Source: Bugula neritina (lineage: Eukaryota; Animalia; Bryozoa). Taken from it: a stretch of DNA of 64,000 bases. Position 1 is the first letter of the stretch, and each line of letters begins with the position of its first letter. This document shows, piece by piece, positions 1 through 15,126 of this stretch. Under the pieces are notes generated by a model. That model was not told where the DNA came from. It ran no database searches and saw only the letters and a list, made by a program, of their open reading frames with translations. Position numbers and translations under genes: made by a program. Where the stretch lies: positions 31,016,628-31,080,627 of the forward strand of contig OZ037767.1 of assembly GCA_964035545.1 (NCBI GenBank), read 5' to 3'.

Positions 1-120
1 GTAACAATGTTTGAAGGCTTACATAACTTGATATATAGACTCAAGTGTAGCAAATGACATGGGAAGAGGGGAGGTAAAGTAATCGTATCTACCAAAAAGT
101 AAGACCAACTGATATCTTAC

Positions 121-3100
121 TGGATTTGTTATGTTTTCCAAGAACTCTGGGTTCTTTATGTAGTCCGGGTAGACAACTTGCGTCTCCATAGCCTTGATCT
201 TCTCAACAGCAAACTGGCTGGTTTCCTCGTCCAACAGATCTGTCTCTTCCAGGACGGTGATGTAAGTGGCTCGTATCTTCTCTATCATCTTCTCAATCTA
301 ACAGAAATATAGCAACATTTCATTCAGCTTCTGTATGCTGAGTGTTTATGACAATAGTCTGGCTTTGATAGTATATTTGGAGAAGTTTAAACTGCAATAA
401 TAGACTATAAACATTTTCGAAAGTCACTTAGCAGTTAAATTAAGAATGAGTCAGTGAGTCAGTTGTAGTTACTTTATATTGTATTGTATATTGTATTGTA
501 TATTGTATTGAATTGTATATTGTATTGTATAAATGTATTATTAACATGCAATGCATTGCAGTAATTTGTGCTGTGCATCATATCCTTTTAAAATCCTAAC
601 GCGTTGTTTACTCTCAAGGAACAACACGAAGAGTAAAAACTACAGTCACATTCTATTCAGATAGAATCGTATATATAGCTCATGACTATTACACTCACGT
701 CGCTAACAATGGCATCTTCATCTTGCACGTAGTCCTCTATGAACCATTTAGACAGAACGTAAGATACCTGCAGCTTGAGCTGCTCCACACAGAACTGCCA
801 TCTTGGCATTGGCTGCCAGGTTGTACGCTGAAGCTGTAACACCAGCAGAATTTAACATCACCTTATAATCAAATGTAAACAGTTTAGGACAAAAATCTTG
901 ATAATTGCCAAGTTCTCTGAAGGTGAAGTCCCCTATATAAGGTTGTAGAACCTCAAATTATTCAAAGTGTAAAAAAATAAAATACAGATAGTTTTGTACA
1001 AATTACAAGTTGCAACTAGGTTTGTGGTCTGCAAGTTGGAATGAGAATCTTCCAACCATATCACACTAATCAAGAGATAAAACTATCACCAGTTACTATA
1101 CTACAGAGTATAGAGTTTGTCAGCTAATGTATAACGCTCACACAATATAGGAAATGCTGCTTAATAACTACAAATTCGAGAACTCTTGCAACAAAAAACT
1201 AAAAATTAGTAACTACTATGTGCTTACTTATATAGTTGAGTTAGTTTTGAAAATAGCAGTGTCCATTGTAAAGATTAGCACAAGCTATAAGTTAGGCAAA
1301 CTTACCACGAGTCTGTTTAACAGGTTATCAAGGAATGATCTGTATTTATAAGGAAAGTACTGCAAGTTTTGAAGCACCATGGCGAACTTGAGAAAGTTGT
1401 CTAGCGATCTAAAAGTGTAGTAGGTAATGAAAAACATTAAGCAATTTGTGAGTTGCTAACCAATAGTTTTATGAAAAATAAACAATATATTATCTTGAAA
1501 TTTTATTAAAAAGCAAAAAGGGGAAGTTAGTGATGTAAAAGTTTTTTAGCCAAAGCAGGAAAGAATATAAATTTCATAGTTCAAGATTGTGTGATCTATT
1601 TAAATGCTAGTATTCCTTCTATGAGAAATTAGGTTTAAGATGGTATACGAGGTGACGTTTTGAGAACAGAAGCTCTGCCTTCATCAACTTCTTAGCAGTG
1701 TGAGATAAACATTTTTCTCAAATGTGTTGCTAAACTGAGGCTATATAATTACAAAAGTTATTGGAAAAGGTTATGTGGTCTACCCTGTTATGAGACATAA
1801 TGTTGTGAAGTTTAACTGTTAATGCAAGTAAAAATATTTTCAACAAATAATGGGATAGCTGTATAATAATACCTGTTGTTCCAAGTAGGGAGAATTGTTT
1901 CTAAAGCTAATATATAAGCTTTGTTATTCACTGTTATGGCTTTTGGTGTCTCTTTACCATCTAAAACAGCCTCAATCACTCTGTGCCAGTCAATCTGTAA
2001 GTATTTTATTGCTCTAGAGTATTCTGGCAGCTATTACATCATAGCTATGATGTCATAAGTTTTATTATATAATAAATAACTACACAAGTTGCGAAAAATG
2101 TTAATTTTAATGGCGCAAACATACTAGAAAAACTTGGAAGTTATTGGAGTTGACAATTTGTCAAAATATAAGCCACATTCCTTTTGAAAACAGCAACGTG
2201 CTTTAAAATACATAGCATTTCTATAAGCTTGCTATAAAATGGAATATATATTATATAGTTGTGCTCACTGATGGAGAGAGAGCTTGGAGCTCGTCTATAG
2301 TCATGAGTGTGTCGTTCCACGCAGGAGAGTAACTTTCTGAGATATCCAGGATGTCCTTCACGTCGGACAGCAGGAGAAACATGTCAAGAAACACATTAAT
2401 GTCGGGAGGGGAATCATTCACGTACAGGTCATTCCATAATTTGAGTAGCTCTTCTCCCATTCGCCTCCACAGCTAAAATATAGTAACATTGCCATGTTTA
2501 TATCGGTAAAAACACATTATGTAGTTTAATGTACAATAACTATATGAACTTGAATGTTCATGCATTGGAGTTGAGACAAAGCCACTGAGCTTGATCAATC
2601 AAAAGCTGCCATTGCGCGCATGAATGCCTAAAATTTACCATTCATTTAAAAAAATTTATAAAACTTAAAAAAACTCATATAATAAAACTGAATAGTTTTT
2701 ACTGAATGTGTGTTATGATGAAATATCTTACTAAATAATATTATTATTTTTAGCAGCTAAAATAAAGTTTATTAATTTAATTCGCATTATTGTTGCAATT
2801 AATTCAGAATCTCACTGCTGTTTAAAGCATACACAATATTGTAGTAGGCTTACTGCTTGGGAACTATTTTTAGCAAATAGCAGAGGTTCCTCAGGAGATG
2901 TAATCTGCAATACAAGGGTCCTGCTCTGGTAGTGATGAAAGTCAATCTTATATTGAAATAGGGGAAACACTTTATATTTCATCAGCTGGATTAGCCGCTC
3001 CGTTAGATCAAAGTCTGGATAGGGGTCAGAAACGTTGAATGAGAGACCTCCCAGACCGTCGATTAACTGACGAACTGTAAATAGGCATAATATATAAGCA

Positions 3101-6100
3101 CTTAGAGGTATATTATGTAAGCATATATAGGCATATATAAGCACACATAAGCACATATAGATATATATATACATAAGAATACATAAGTATTTATTAGTAT
3201 ATACAAAGCATACATAAGCATACATAAGCATACATAAGTATATATTTAAGCACATATAGGTATACATAAGCATATGTAAGTAGGCCTACATATAAGCATA
3301 TATAAGCAGTCTAAAAATTCTGTGAATAGACTTATCCAGACTATACAGAAACCTGTTGAGTGTGCAAATGATACTATCAGTATAGAAGTTGTCTTATCAT
3401 GACGGGAATGACTAAGTAATCATGCCATAAAATTTCGACTGCAATTATCAAAATTTTACAACGCCGGAAGTTTCAACAGAATAATATATTGTTACAGGAA
3501 GCAGAACGCCGTGAAGCAACTAGTAAATACTTCAACTGTTTGGTAATCGTTTTATTACCGATGACTACTAGAATTAAACTGCAAGAGTGCAATCTAAAGT
3601 GGGAGTTCTCCCTGTTATCAACTAATGGACCCACGGTGACAAACTCTCAACAACTTGAGGAGTAGCCATAAGGCGTGTGCACTTTTCAAGTTTATGTACG
3701 TGATTCATTAAGTAGGGTTGTGCATTTGTTGATCCTTTGTTCAATCATTCGTTGATCTTTAAAAACTGTCCGGTAAAAATATGATTGACTTATTGTGAAC
3801 TTATAAATTATTTAATTGCTTTGTCCTTCACCTTCAAATAGCCCGAGGTTATCTACATCCTCTGCCTGCATGCAGGTGTAATATAGCGTCCTGGCCTTGA
3901 CCTCTGGTTCAAAAGATGACGATGTTATTGGCATTTCCAGCTTTTCTACAAAAAATAAAAATTCATAGAAATTTAGGAAATTATAAATCAAGTTAGCTTT
4001 AAGATATGATTAATGCACATTTAAGGGTTTAGTTGCTGCTAAAACTGTAGCCTTGGAAATTTGAAATTAGCAAAAAATACTGAAGGAAAACACACACAAA
4101 GCTTAGGCAAATAATTAATACAGAGACAACATGAATAGTTGGATGGCAGGGTGAGAACTCTGGCAAATATAGCTTAAGGTCAATGGGGAAAAGCTGTTAT
4201 GAGGAATGGGTGGTAGGGCATAAGCCCAAACATTTGTTCTAGATCTAGTGCTTGACTAGTTCACAGATGTTATTTATAGCTTAAGACAACATCACATTTA
4301 TGTGCACATCTAAAAAGTGTTTCACATACTTTTTAAGGTTTAAAATATTTAGTTTACAATTTATATAAACTGTTGGTCTTTTATTATTTTTACCTATTAG
4401 CTTGAAAATCAATAAACATCGTATATAAAGAATATATGTCCTAAAACAATAACATGTTTGCTAAGGTCGGCGGGGAAGTGAATACATGTCATGAATTTAT
4501 CCGTGAAACTTATTTAATTTCTGGTTGTTTTTGCTATTTTCCAGTGCATTATTAATATGTTCATTTTTCGCCTTTTACTGCCATTTCCTAATTGAGTGGC
4601 AGGTAGTGTATTATTATTATACTGAATTATACCAAGTATTTGATGAAGGCATTTCTATATGCTAAATACTGCTCTAACGACACACTGTCAAAAGTACAAT
4701 TTCTCTCTAAATAGTAAAATAAGAAGTCACATGCTGATAACACATCTCCACATCTCTCAACACATAACTATAGATTCAAGTGATTTGATTGGCTGAGACT
4801 TTACCTCTGAAGAAGTCAAGGACATCGCTACTTATGTCATCCACTACACTCCAAGAGGCAGTTGCGTAATAGGGGAGACGATTCAGCTGCTCCCAACCTC
4901 CACATGCGTATTGATAGAAATTATCACAGGGGGCTGCACTGGTGTCCATATTCTACAGATTAATATAATAGTAAGTCTTCAGGCTATGCTAGTACTCTTT
5001 ATATCCTACAGAGTGACTGGGCATTTGTACGTTTATTTGTTATAATAAATGTTAATACTTATTGTAAATCATGCTAAAAGTAGTAAAACAGTTGAAACAA
5101 GTTCAATTTATTTTCAAATTAAATTGAACAAACTTATATTTATAAACTAATTAAATACTTAGTTTATATATTTTACAATAACTGTAATATAAGTGATAAA
5201 AACAACATATACATTCATTATTAAATGAATCAAGCTATTCTTGTAACCCATTTAAAAATTGTATTTCCAACTTGCTGCATAATATAATATTATGATAAAT
5301 TTAAAACAAATTTAAAGGAATCCTAATATGATATAAGCTTTTTATTTACATTCTATTTAAATTCTAAAATTATAGCAAAGCTGAAAAGCTATCATAAAAA
5401 TAAATTAATGCCTATATTATAGCAGACAAATAAATTAGAAACTTTTGGAAAGACAAATTTAGCTCAGTTTTAAAATACACCGTCAGTGACTTTGAAATTT
5501 TTGTTAGTATTGTGATTCAGAATTAGCTGTTTGATTCTACTTAAAGATGATGTAACGCACAAGTACACACTGTGACGAATTTCCACACATGGGTAATAAT
5601 TACCTTCAACAAATACTAAGAAATTTTATTTTTAGCATAAGCCTTTAGTAGTGGAATATTCTGTTACACAGGTGTTATATGATGTGATATACCAATAACT
5701 TAGAAACAGCTCTGTACTGCTGCTTTGCAACATTACAATGCTCTATACACGTACAATAAAAAACATCGAGCTAAATATTGAAGTAAATACTCACAGTTTC
5801 AAGATCTGCATAAAATTAAATTGTTGGAAGGTAAAAGCCTGCCTAGTATTTGCAAAAGAGAAAACTGGTTTTTACAAATTAGAAAATTGACCTATTCAAA
5901 GTGCATTTTGGGCAAGAGTCACAAAAATCTGTTAGTTTGATATTTTGCTCAGTGCATTCTATTAAAATAAATGTAAGTCTATACATCTTATATAGCACAT
6001 GCTATGCGTAACTAATTCTAAATTTGCTTGTCAGGTTTCTGTAATAATAATCTATTGGTTTTATTATTACAAAATTTTATTTTTTTCAATCTTATTCTAC

Positions 6101-7022
6101 TAAAATGGTGTCGGGTTGTTAAAAATGAAACTAATCTAAAATATTGAAATTTGAGGTTCAAATTAAAAATGATCCAATAAAATTTTTTTCACTGCAGTTA
6201 GCCACAGTTCTATTGCACATTGATATAATAACTCTGTGGGACAATGGAGTGTCACCCTATAATTTAGGTCTCGGCATATCACAAGCTATGAAGCTACAGT
6301 TATTACCTGATTCATTCTGCTAGCTGTTTGTATACACGTGGGTGTCAAACACACGTCTGATTTACTAGATGAGTTTTCATCTGTTGGCTTTGGCTGCTGC
6401 ATAGCTTGAGAACCATATTTCTCCTCGATAGTCTTATAATCCTAAAATAATGATACAAAAAAGTGAAGTTTTAGAACAGACAACTTCTGTTCCTTACATC
6501 CTTTAAACAAGTTTGTACTTGTTGATTAGTTCTAACTTAGCAGTCTTAGAAAGCTCTAATTTTCAGTCAAGAGGGCAAAAGTCAATTTGAATTTTTTGTT
6601 GCTGTTGTGTTTATAAAGCTTTTAATTGCTGCCAAAATTGTTCAACTGCATAATTATTTAAAACTCAATTAAACTCAAACTGCCTTTTGATAGCAATGCA
6701 GTATAATTATAAATGTTTTATAATCTTTATAGTTTATTATTTTGTTTTTGCTGTAAAACTAACAGAGCCAAATGGCAAGCTCACTAATAATGGTAAATTA
6801 ATATCACCAATGTTGAGACGATTAGAATTCAATTTAAAAATCAGTCTAGCCCTTTACCTGTTGTTTATTTACCAGGAGTATAGCTAAGACAATCACAGCA
6901 CAGAGTAGCGCCAGTGAAAACAAACACGTCGCTGCCAACTTGTTCTTCGTGGAGCACCATCCTTTATCTTTGCTTGGCTCCTTCACTTCAGGACTGGCTG
7001 TGAAGTTGTATTTCTGAGACAT
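121..7022 (-). CDS. Neprilysin/endothelin-converting enzyme-like peptidase (M13), type II membrane protein; 5' portion only, gene runs off the window start
   Basis: Approximate coding exons 6858-7022, 6307-6441, 4805-4952, 3832-3945, 2854-3074, 2269-2472, 1873-1994, 1306-1408, 699-833, 121-297. N-terminal signal anchor (LFSLALLCAVIVLAILLV) is followed by M13 hallmarks VCLTPTCIQTAS, MDTSAAPCDNFYQYACGGW, KARTLYYTCM, PRWQFCV and AVEKIKAMETQVVYPD. The catalytic HExxH lies outside the window. Confidence 0.88.
3080..3305. repeat. Degenerate ~10-bp repeat (GCATAYATAA) abutting an M13 splice acceptor
   Basis: Repeated gcatacataa/gcatatataa units ending next to the acceptor at ~3075. Confidence 0.7.
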
Positions 7023-8600
7023 TGTTCTAAAAAAACACATATTTTAGTGATGCAAACTCATTATATAATATTATGTTTATGCATAAGTTATGGTATAAAT
7101 CAGTTGTGGACTAATTTTAAGATGACATCAACATTGAAGTTATCTCCACGTGCCAATCAAGTCTGTATTTACAGAATAGTTCTGCTAAACCCTACCCTCT
7201 GATAGTCTGCAGCTAAAAGCACTCAAGTTTCACTCCAGCTAAACTCGGTTAAAATGTTACATCTCAAGTTTGCAATTGTAGACTTAAAGTTTGAAATAAG
7301 AATGGTTTAGTTTACATAATGGGTGTTTAACGTCCTGCATTATATTTTTATTCAGAGATTTTTTAAAACAATTGTTTGGCAGCACTTTTCAGTATATAGT
7401 TTTTTCAGCAATAAGTTTAATATTTGCACCATTGTAGTCGATGACATAATAAGTAAATTTTTACATAAAATAGTTTTGGTTGTAATTTAACACCGACTTT
7501 ATTTTAAATTGTTTAGATCACCTTTTTTCACTCGGCTCTCTTTTGCCTACATTTTTCTGTGAGACATAATATAAATTGCTTAAGGGTTATAGTAAGAAAA
7601 TCTAAATGTATACTAGTTATTTACATAGTTGAGCCAAAAAATTGCTGCAATCCAGGCACGGCCGAAGCAGCGTTTTACTACTAATTCTGACTTTTGACTG
7701 AAATTTTAGCAACTCTTTGTTTATATTCTTAAGTGTCAGATTGCGTCTGGCTCTACATTTTGCGGAGCCAAAGTCAGCTTAAGCCTTAAACTTGTCATAC
7801 AATTACCTGTTGCAGGTAAAAGATTCAACAGTTTAACTAATCCAATCCTCATTAGTAATGCTAATCAGTTATGCAAACTTTGGCACAAAATATCATGCAA
7901 TGGTTCTGCATATCTAAGTTTGGAGATTTACCCAAATACATTTGAGTAAATGTTATATATTGCTCATTTAACTATATTATATTATAGAAAAGCATGTTAT
8001 TAAGTGTGGTATTGTTTCAACACACATACAAAATACTTTTAAGTCTATACAATCAAACCAAAAATTTTCCGGGTTGAATTAAATTGATGTATTTTGATTC
8101 AATTTTAAATTTAATAAATACTAACATGAACCAGATGGTGGCAGGAGGGTCAACTAGGCTCAGGGGTTAACAGGTCAACATATTGCAGTTAGTTTATTTT
8201 TAATTTAAATTTAATTTGCAGCAGATGCAGCATTAGGTTTTAAAAGAGAAAGCAGCAATCTATATTATGGTTTAGTTGCACATTTTATGTTATGCAGCTG
8301 TAAACTAATATAGTAACTGTGTAATGTAAAAGCTATAAGCCCTGCCAGCTGTGGATATAGATTATAGTATAAACAGAGTACTTAGTAGACTCAACTGAAT
8401 CAAGAAAGTTCATTCATAGAGAAGATAACTATGGAAATATGGGAACTGGTGGAGTAGAGTATTTTACTTCTAATCAGACTCCTTGAAATTATATTACATA
8501 ACTTCAACTATACTGTATGTTTCCTAGCTATGGGCAAGTTCGATACACTTGAGGGCATTGGCACCTGAGTTAAAGAGCATTAGCCGTAGAATAATTTTAC

Positions 8601-8708
8601 AAGCAGCTCCAAGTTGGGGGTGACTAAGTGCAATAATTTGGGGTTCTCCAGTATGAAGTTGGGGATTCTAAACTATTGCCCTTAGTCATTCCCAACTTAG
8701 AGCTGCTT
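8601..8708. repeat. Imperfect inverted repeat / hairpin (~50-bp arms)
   Basis: AAGCAGCTCCAAGTTGGGGGTGACTAAGTGCAATAATTT ... AAACTATTGCCCTTAGTCATTCCCAACTTAGAGCTGCTT are near reverse complements. Confidence 0.8.
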
Positions 8709-11149
8709 TTAGAATAATTATTAGCTGTAAATTGACAATGTGATAGCCATACTATCTGGAAATAATAGCAGATATCATCCCCTAGTTGTACTAAGCAACA
8801 ACTATCAGAGACCGCACAAGGTCTGCATAAACCTTTCTAAAAGAAGTTTACAGTGACTTGATTTATAGCCATTTATAGCTCATTGATCTGATAGTAAAAG
8901 TGATTTTCTCAACTCACAACTCTGTGAATGACTCAGACTCAAAACTGTTGGAAAGTCAACTGGTATCAACTAAGTAAATAGTTTCACCCCAAGTTCTGAT
9001 GGACTTGAATATTTTAGAATTGTTCTGAAGAGAGTTTGGAAGAGCTACTTAAAATATGTCTCAAATTATTAAAAGGATCTCATTGAGTTTGTAGTATAAA
9101 AACTTTACTAAATCCACAAATTTGATAGATTTGCCAATAATGATAAAGATTTATGTTAGAATACTTATAAGTTTAGACCTTGCTATTGAAACCAAATTGG
9201 TCTGAAGGGGTTACTTGTTCTAGTTGTAATAAAAGCCTGCATACAAATGTCAAGCTTCTAATCACAACTATTTTCTGAGTCTATTGTAAATTTAAAAGTG
9301 TGGCAACTGTTGCAAGTTTAAAATTCACAGATTTATATATAATTAAAAAGCTTAACATTAACCGAATCTATTTACTCTGTTAGGTTTAACTCTGTGTATC
9401 GAAAAAGAATGTTACAATATTCTAGAACCCACCGTGTTTTTTTAAAAATTAATTAATAGTTAATAACATTTTTGAGGCTTTCACAATGTACAAATGTCAT
9501 GGTAGAAATTGAAACACGCAATCTTGCTGCTAACTGCATACAACAATTTTACTCAGCCTAAGTTTCTAAAACTACTTTTATATTAATTCTATGAGGTGTG
9601 CCACATATAAACACTATGTTTTATTGCAAACTGCAAGATACTAAATCTCTTTCTCTCCACTGCAGGGCAATAATTATTATTTAAAAGTCAATTATATTTC
9701 TCCTGGGTGTTAACTGTATATGACTTGCAGTACTTTCCAATGAGTATAGTAACCCTTGCCGAAATAATTGCAATCCCTCATAATATATATTATGATGATA
9801 ATGCATTGCAAAAACTGCAGATGGCCTTTAATTACTACATACAGTTATATCACACTACACACATACAATTATATTATATTACTACACACATATATTAAAC
9901 ACATGCTAGAATGTTATATTACACACATGCTAGAATGTTATATTATTTTATATTATACTATATGATGTGGGATAGGCAATATTATACTTTAATTGCTACT
10001 AGAAGCTGTATAAAAGCTGTTGCAAGAAGTTCCCATTACACCACGCTAAGAAATAGTTTGAATGATGCTTCATACTAACAGTTGCATAACAACTGGGTAT
10101 AGTGAAGTGAAAAGGCTGAAAAAATTTACAAAACTTTCACAAAAGCTCTTAAGAATTTTTCATCAACTGGTTTAATTACCTATTTTCTGTCTCATGTATA
10201 TATATATAATACATGTATAATGTATATATAGTATATGCATAATTAGAAGGTATATACTATTATATGTAATGTATAATTTATAATAAATATGTTATATTAA
10301 TCAATGCATAATATTAGTATAGTATAATATGTATAACAGATAACATTACATAATATATTAATACCTGTATATAAAAGTTTGATAATCTAATACTCACTGT
10401 ATAACTTTGAGCCAGTATACAAATTTACTATTTACCAGTTGAGTCTACCTCAGGCCGTTACATTACTGCTTGGAGGTCTATTCCCGTCTATTTATATGCA
10501 ACTTTAGATTTACAACTTGAATCATTGGCCATAAAAACAACCTATATAATTCTCTGATTAACTAATAGCTATTGTTGCAATACCAGAACAAACAACGGCA
10601 ATCCTTCGTCAAGTGTAGATGACTCTACATTGATACTAAAGTATGACTCTACATTGATACTAAAGTACTTCAGCAGTTGAATCAACAATACTTACTCAAC
10701 TCTAAACTCCACCCATATATCTGTTTCAACCTTTACTCCAGATTTGCTGTCGCTGACTCTATGAATTAATTAGTTTCAACTCAAATATTGACACATAATA
10801 TAGAAGAGTTCGTGTCAATATACTTTATACTTATTATTATAAGCTGAAGTGTCGTACCATTAGGTTCCAAGGACAAGTTGTACAGTATGCCTACTACCCT
10901 ACCATTCATATGCCAGGCAATTCATACACATTCATTGTTTATAGTTCTTACACTACTAGTGTAGTCTATGTTCCAACAGTTAGATGAACTGCAGTTATTA
11001 GTATGAGCATGCTGAGGAAATGTGCCACTACATGGACTTGGAATTTAGGCTAAAATCTTTACAACTGCTGATTGCCACAACTAGGCACTATAATATTATC
11101 TACAAGGATAAATTGAAATGGTTTCTGTGATATGTATACTGTATACTGT

Positions 11150-11312
11150 ATACAGAATATAGCATATACACAGCATAATATAGTATATACACAGCATAAT
11201 ATAGTATATACACAGCATAATATAGTATATACGCAGCATAATATAGCATATACACAGCATAATATAGCATATACACAGCATAATATAGTATATACACAGA
11301 ATATAGTATAAT
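11150..11312. repeat. 21-bp minisatellite (ATATACACAGCATAATATAGY), ~7 copies
   Basis: Direct tandem units; source of the spurious ORFs at 11059-11327. Confidence 0.9.
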
Positions 11313-14300
11313 ATACATTATACACACTATATTATAGTAATGTGACGTACATATAGTATATAGAAAGATGAATAGATTTATGAATTTTTACCGACATGTC
11401 TTTCTTTTATAGTAAGTCACAGCCCAATATGCTAATATCTGGCTTGACATTTAGGTTAGTGGTTTTAGTGTGCTTACTAAAACCCATTATGTAATGCATA
11501 TATAGACAAATCTGCAAACCTGCTCCACGATATTAGGTATGGTATAAATTAAATATCCTCATCAAGTAATGACTTGTTTATAACTTATATATAGGTGTGT
11601 GAATATGATGGGTTCTTGTATTAACAAGATGCTGGTATAGAAAATATGTGTATAAAAGTGTATTGGAAACCGCAACTTTACTTTGATTATGACAACAAAG
11701 CTATACAAATTATATACTTCTTAGGAAAGTTCAACAACCTGCTTTAGTGCCATTTCCTGTCAAAAATAGGTATCCAATGGCTCAGCAAGCTTGTACACAT
11801 TTTTTAACTTTTCTCAGTTCTTCTAACCTTTAGCCCTTATTTGCTATTAATATTAAAAAAGGAGTCAAAATCGAAAGAAGCTATTTTTACATAAAGCTAT
11901 TTTGATAGATATCTTTAACAATCACGGTTTATGTAGAAAGATAAACTAGGGTTGGGTGTAGTTGATAGCAGTCTGCACAGCTTGATTATTAAACAAAACT
12001 ATCTATTAATAAAACTCACTACTCAATGGTACCAAAATACGCTGAGTCAAGAATATACAAACCCCTACATTGTACGATATATTTTAATGTCTTGAACAGC
12101 AAACTGCAAGGCTGAAATTTTACACAATGCTACTATAAAGTTATTTAGATTATTTTGCTTGCATTTTATCAGTTATATCATTAATTATAATGCATATTAC
12201 TATAACACACGGTTTTACAGATCATTGGAGCCACCCAAAATGTCAAACTTTCACTTGCGTTGGTTGTTAAACTCTGCATTAATTAGCCTAAGAAGTGATG
12301 TAATGACTAATTGATGCAGTAATAGTTAGAATTTGCAGCAGAAGACATGACATGATGACTAACTCGTGCTCACGTCTGCTGACTAGACTCTTTCAAATCG
12401 CAGCAGATGGCATAGCTGAATATCAAACTCATCATTTATCTCTTGAAGGTCTCGAGTTTATCTTTTATAATTAGGCTAAGGAAGCACCGAAGTGTTACTG
12501 CTGAGAGTCTAAATTAGTCTGAGATTCTATATAGACACAGTACTGTTATGTGAAGAGCCCTCATTACTCTACCCTTAGCCTGTGAATTAGAAGAAATACC
12601 AGCAGAAACTATGCCAATTATCCACACATTAGCCTAATATTTACAGCCAACAATAATAAACATGTCACGGCAAAGGGGAGGAAATAATTATTCTAAATCA
12701 ACAACCAGGCTGCCTCGAGGCTGACAGAGAGAGAACTACAGTAGGCTGCCATAATGTGTGGTGTATAGATTAGGGGGTGTATGATGAAACCGCTTCTTTC
12801 CTCATCACTGTGTGTTCTAGCAGTAAATATGCAGGAAGTAAAAATAAAAAACACTAATTTATCCTTGTATTTTATACTTATACTGCAAGGAACATGTGTA
12901 AATGGGTGATTCGTTGCTGTATAGTAACATAGTATTGAAACTGACAGCTATGACCCTCACCCCCTCTTGTGACCTCCACCCTTGGTTATCCACTCCCAGT
13001 GACTTGCTTATTCTCACACAACTGAACAGCAAGGAACATATACGACGATCTGTATTGATAGGAATTTTTACTATGAATGGCTAATGTTGCAAGTTTGGCA
13101 TTATAATGTTTTGTATTTTATTCCCAAGTCTTAGCTGGCATTAGTTAAAATGCTAGATTTGAATATGAAACTACATTATATTTCTTAGCTCCCATGAACT
13201 ACTCTTTTCACTTGTGTGAAGACACTATTCTGCATTGAGGTTGCTTGGTTTTTCAATTATTGATTTAGAACTAGAGTTAGAAATACATCTGCATTCCATT
13301 AAATTTGTGGCCAAATTCTTTTGATATTAGTAACTATCAGAGCTTATATTTTTTCCAGTTTTCCAAGCCAAAGAGTGTGATGAAGTGGTCAAAATGAATA
13401 CACCATGTAAATCAGTTACTCAGCATAGGGTTTTGCAATATTTTGAGTAAATTTTTTGCATATGATTGTTGATCACAACAGAATATACTAAAGTTGCCAA
13501 AACACACAGGCTGTTTATATACTTTACTATTACTAGTTGTTGTAAAACTGCTAAACTTTCTACTAAATCACTGAACAACTGTGCACTGAGACCTACATGT
13601 ATATGTCCAAAGTGTACTCATTGTAGCTAATTCTTTCAATTTCTCCCTCTCATTGTAACTAGTTCTTTCAGCCTCTCTCTCAATCTCTCTCAATCTCTCT
13701 TCTAACTTCAACTTTACTTATTCCACTACTACTTTCACATTCTTAACTGTTTTAGTGATCATTATTTTGATGATTTAATTCATATGTACTAAGACATAAT
13801 ACCACACAGTGATGATAGTCTATTTGCATGTTGAACCAAATCAAGTGGAATCTCAGCAGTTCTATCAAGTTGAAACAATTTTCTAAGAAATGCACTAGTC
13901 AGCTTTAAATTGACAGGAAATATGTCTACCAACCAGAGCAATGTGCACTGCAGAGGTTACAGGAGGGGGGAGGGAGGGAGTGTGACAATACATTGAATGC
14001 TATTTTTTAATTTTGATATATGACACATGGCATGATTAAGGAAAAGTCAATATTGAACCTCGTTATTTGTATGAAAATAAATCATATTTTCTAACATTGA
14101 TGGGTGCTTTTCAATGTAAAAGTTGTTCTATAGATGAATGTTGTTATAGAAATGCTATTAATTTTAGTTTATAGATTGATGTTTGAGAAGATTACTTATA
14201 TGTCTGCATTACTTCGCATGATATATTTACTTGCCAATTCTATTATTGGAGTTGATAAAATCAATAAAAAATAATTATTCAATATAGATTATCAAATATG

Positions 14301-14654
14301 CCTATGAATATCCTAAGAGGCAAGCAAAACATACACATGGTGCACCATTTTAAAGTAATAGCATAATAATTATTTATTTTTCGTAACTTTAATATATTGT
14401 TTTTTTTAAAAAAAAAACATGTACAACTAAGAAAGTAGCAAGTATGGTGATGGTTAATGAAGAATTCAGCTGAATATACATAAAAGAAAAGTTCAATGAA
14501 ACTGAGTACTAATGGGAATAAAGAACAGCACTAAAGATCAAAGATGAAGGACACTATAATAATTCCCATTACATTTATTTGTACATGAATATAAAAGTTA
14601 ATGACTGGTTCATGTTTAAATACTAGTAGTTACTAGTTAGCATTCGACATGGTA

Positions 14655-14818
14655 GTGAACTCTGGTATTACGTGGTAACAGAGTATAGTAAACCCTGGTA
14701 TTATGTGGTAACAGAGTATAGTAAACTCTGGTATTATGTGGTAACAGAGTATAGTAAACTCTGATATTATGTGGTAACAGAGTATAATAAACTCTGGTAT
14801 TACGTGGTAACAGAGTAT
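14655..14818. repeat. 33-bp minisatellite x5 in the probable TFIIB 3' UTR
   Basis: Unit AGTAAACTCTGGTATTAYGTGGTAACAGAGTAT; minus-strand AATAAA near 14574-14579 lies downstream. Confidence 0.9.
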
Positions 14819-15006
14819 ACAAGAAGAGTGCAACACTCCTAAAAGGCATGACCTAGTCTCAACAGAAATCCATAGTATGTTTTGTCATACCATGTCATAT
14901 CACATCATGCCAAGTCATTGTAGCAATATATATCCTTAGGTCTTCTTAAAAATAATTCATTTTAATGCATAGCTATTCCATCCAGTATTAAACTACGACA
15001 GCATCA

Positions 15007-15126
15007 CAGCATTGTCACTGTATAGGCAGCATTGTCACTGCATAGGCAGCATTGTCACTGCATAGGCAGCATTGTCACTGTATAGGCAGCATTGTCACTG
15101 CATAGGCAGCATTGTCACTGCATAGG
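15007..15126 (-). repeat. 20-bp repeat x6 containing the TFIIB stop codon
   Basis: Plus-strand unit CAGCATTGTCACTGYATAGG reads CCTATRCAGTGACAATGCTG on the minus strand; the first copy carries the true ...P-M-Q-TGA. Confidence 0.92.

Noticed and set aside
7030-14600. Further genes or RNA genes upstream of the M13 coding region
   Set aside because: No convincing coding exons or tRNA/snRNA motifs seen; probably M13 5'-UTR introns and intergenic DNA with small duplications (e.g. 24 bp x2 at ~10620-10667)
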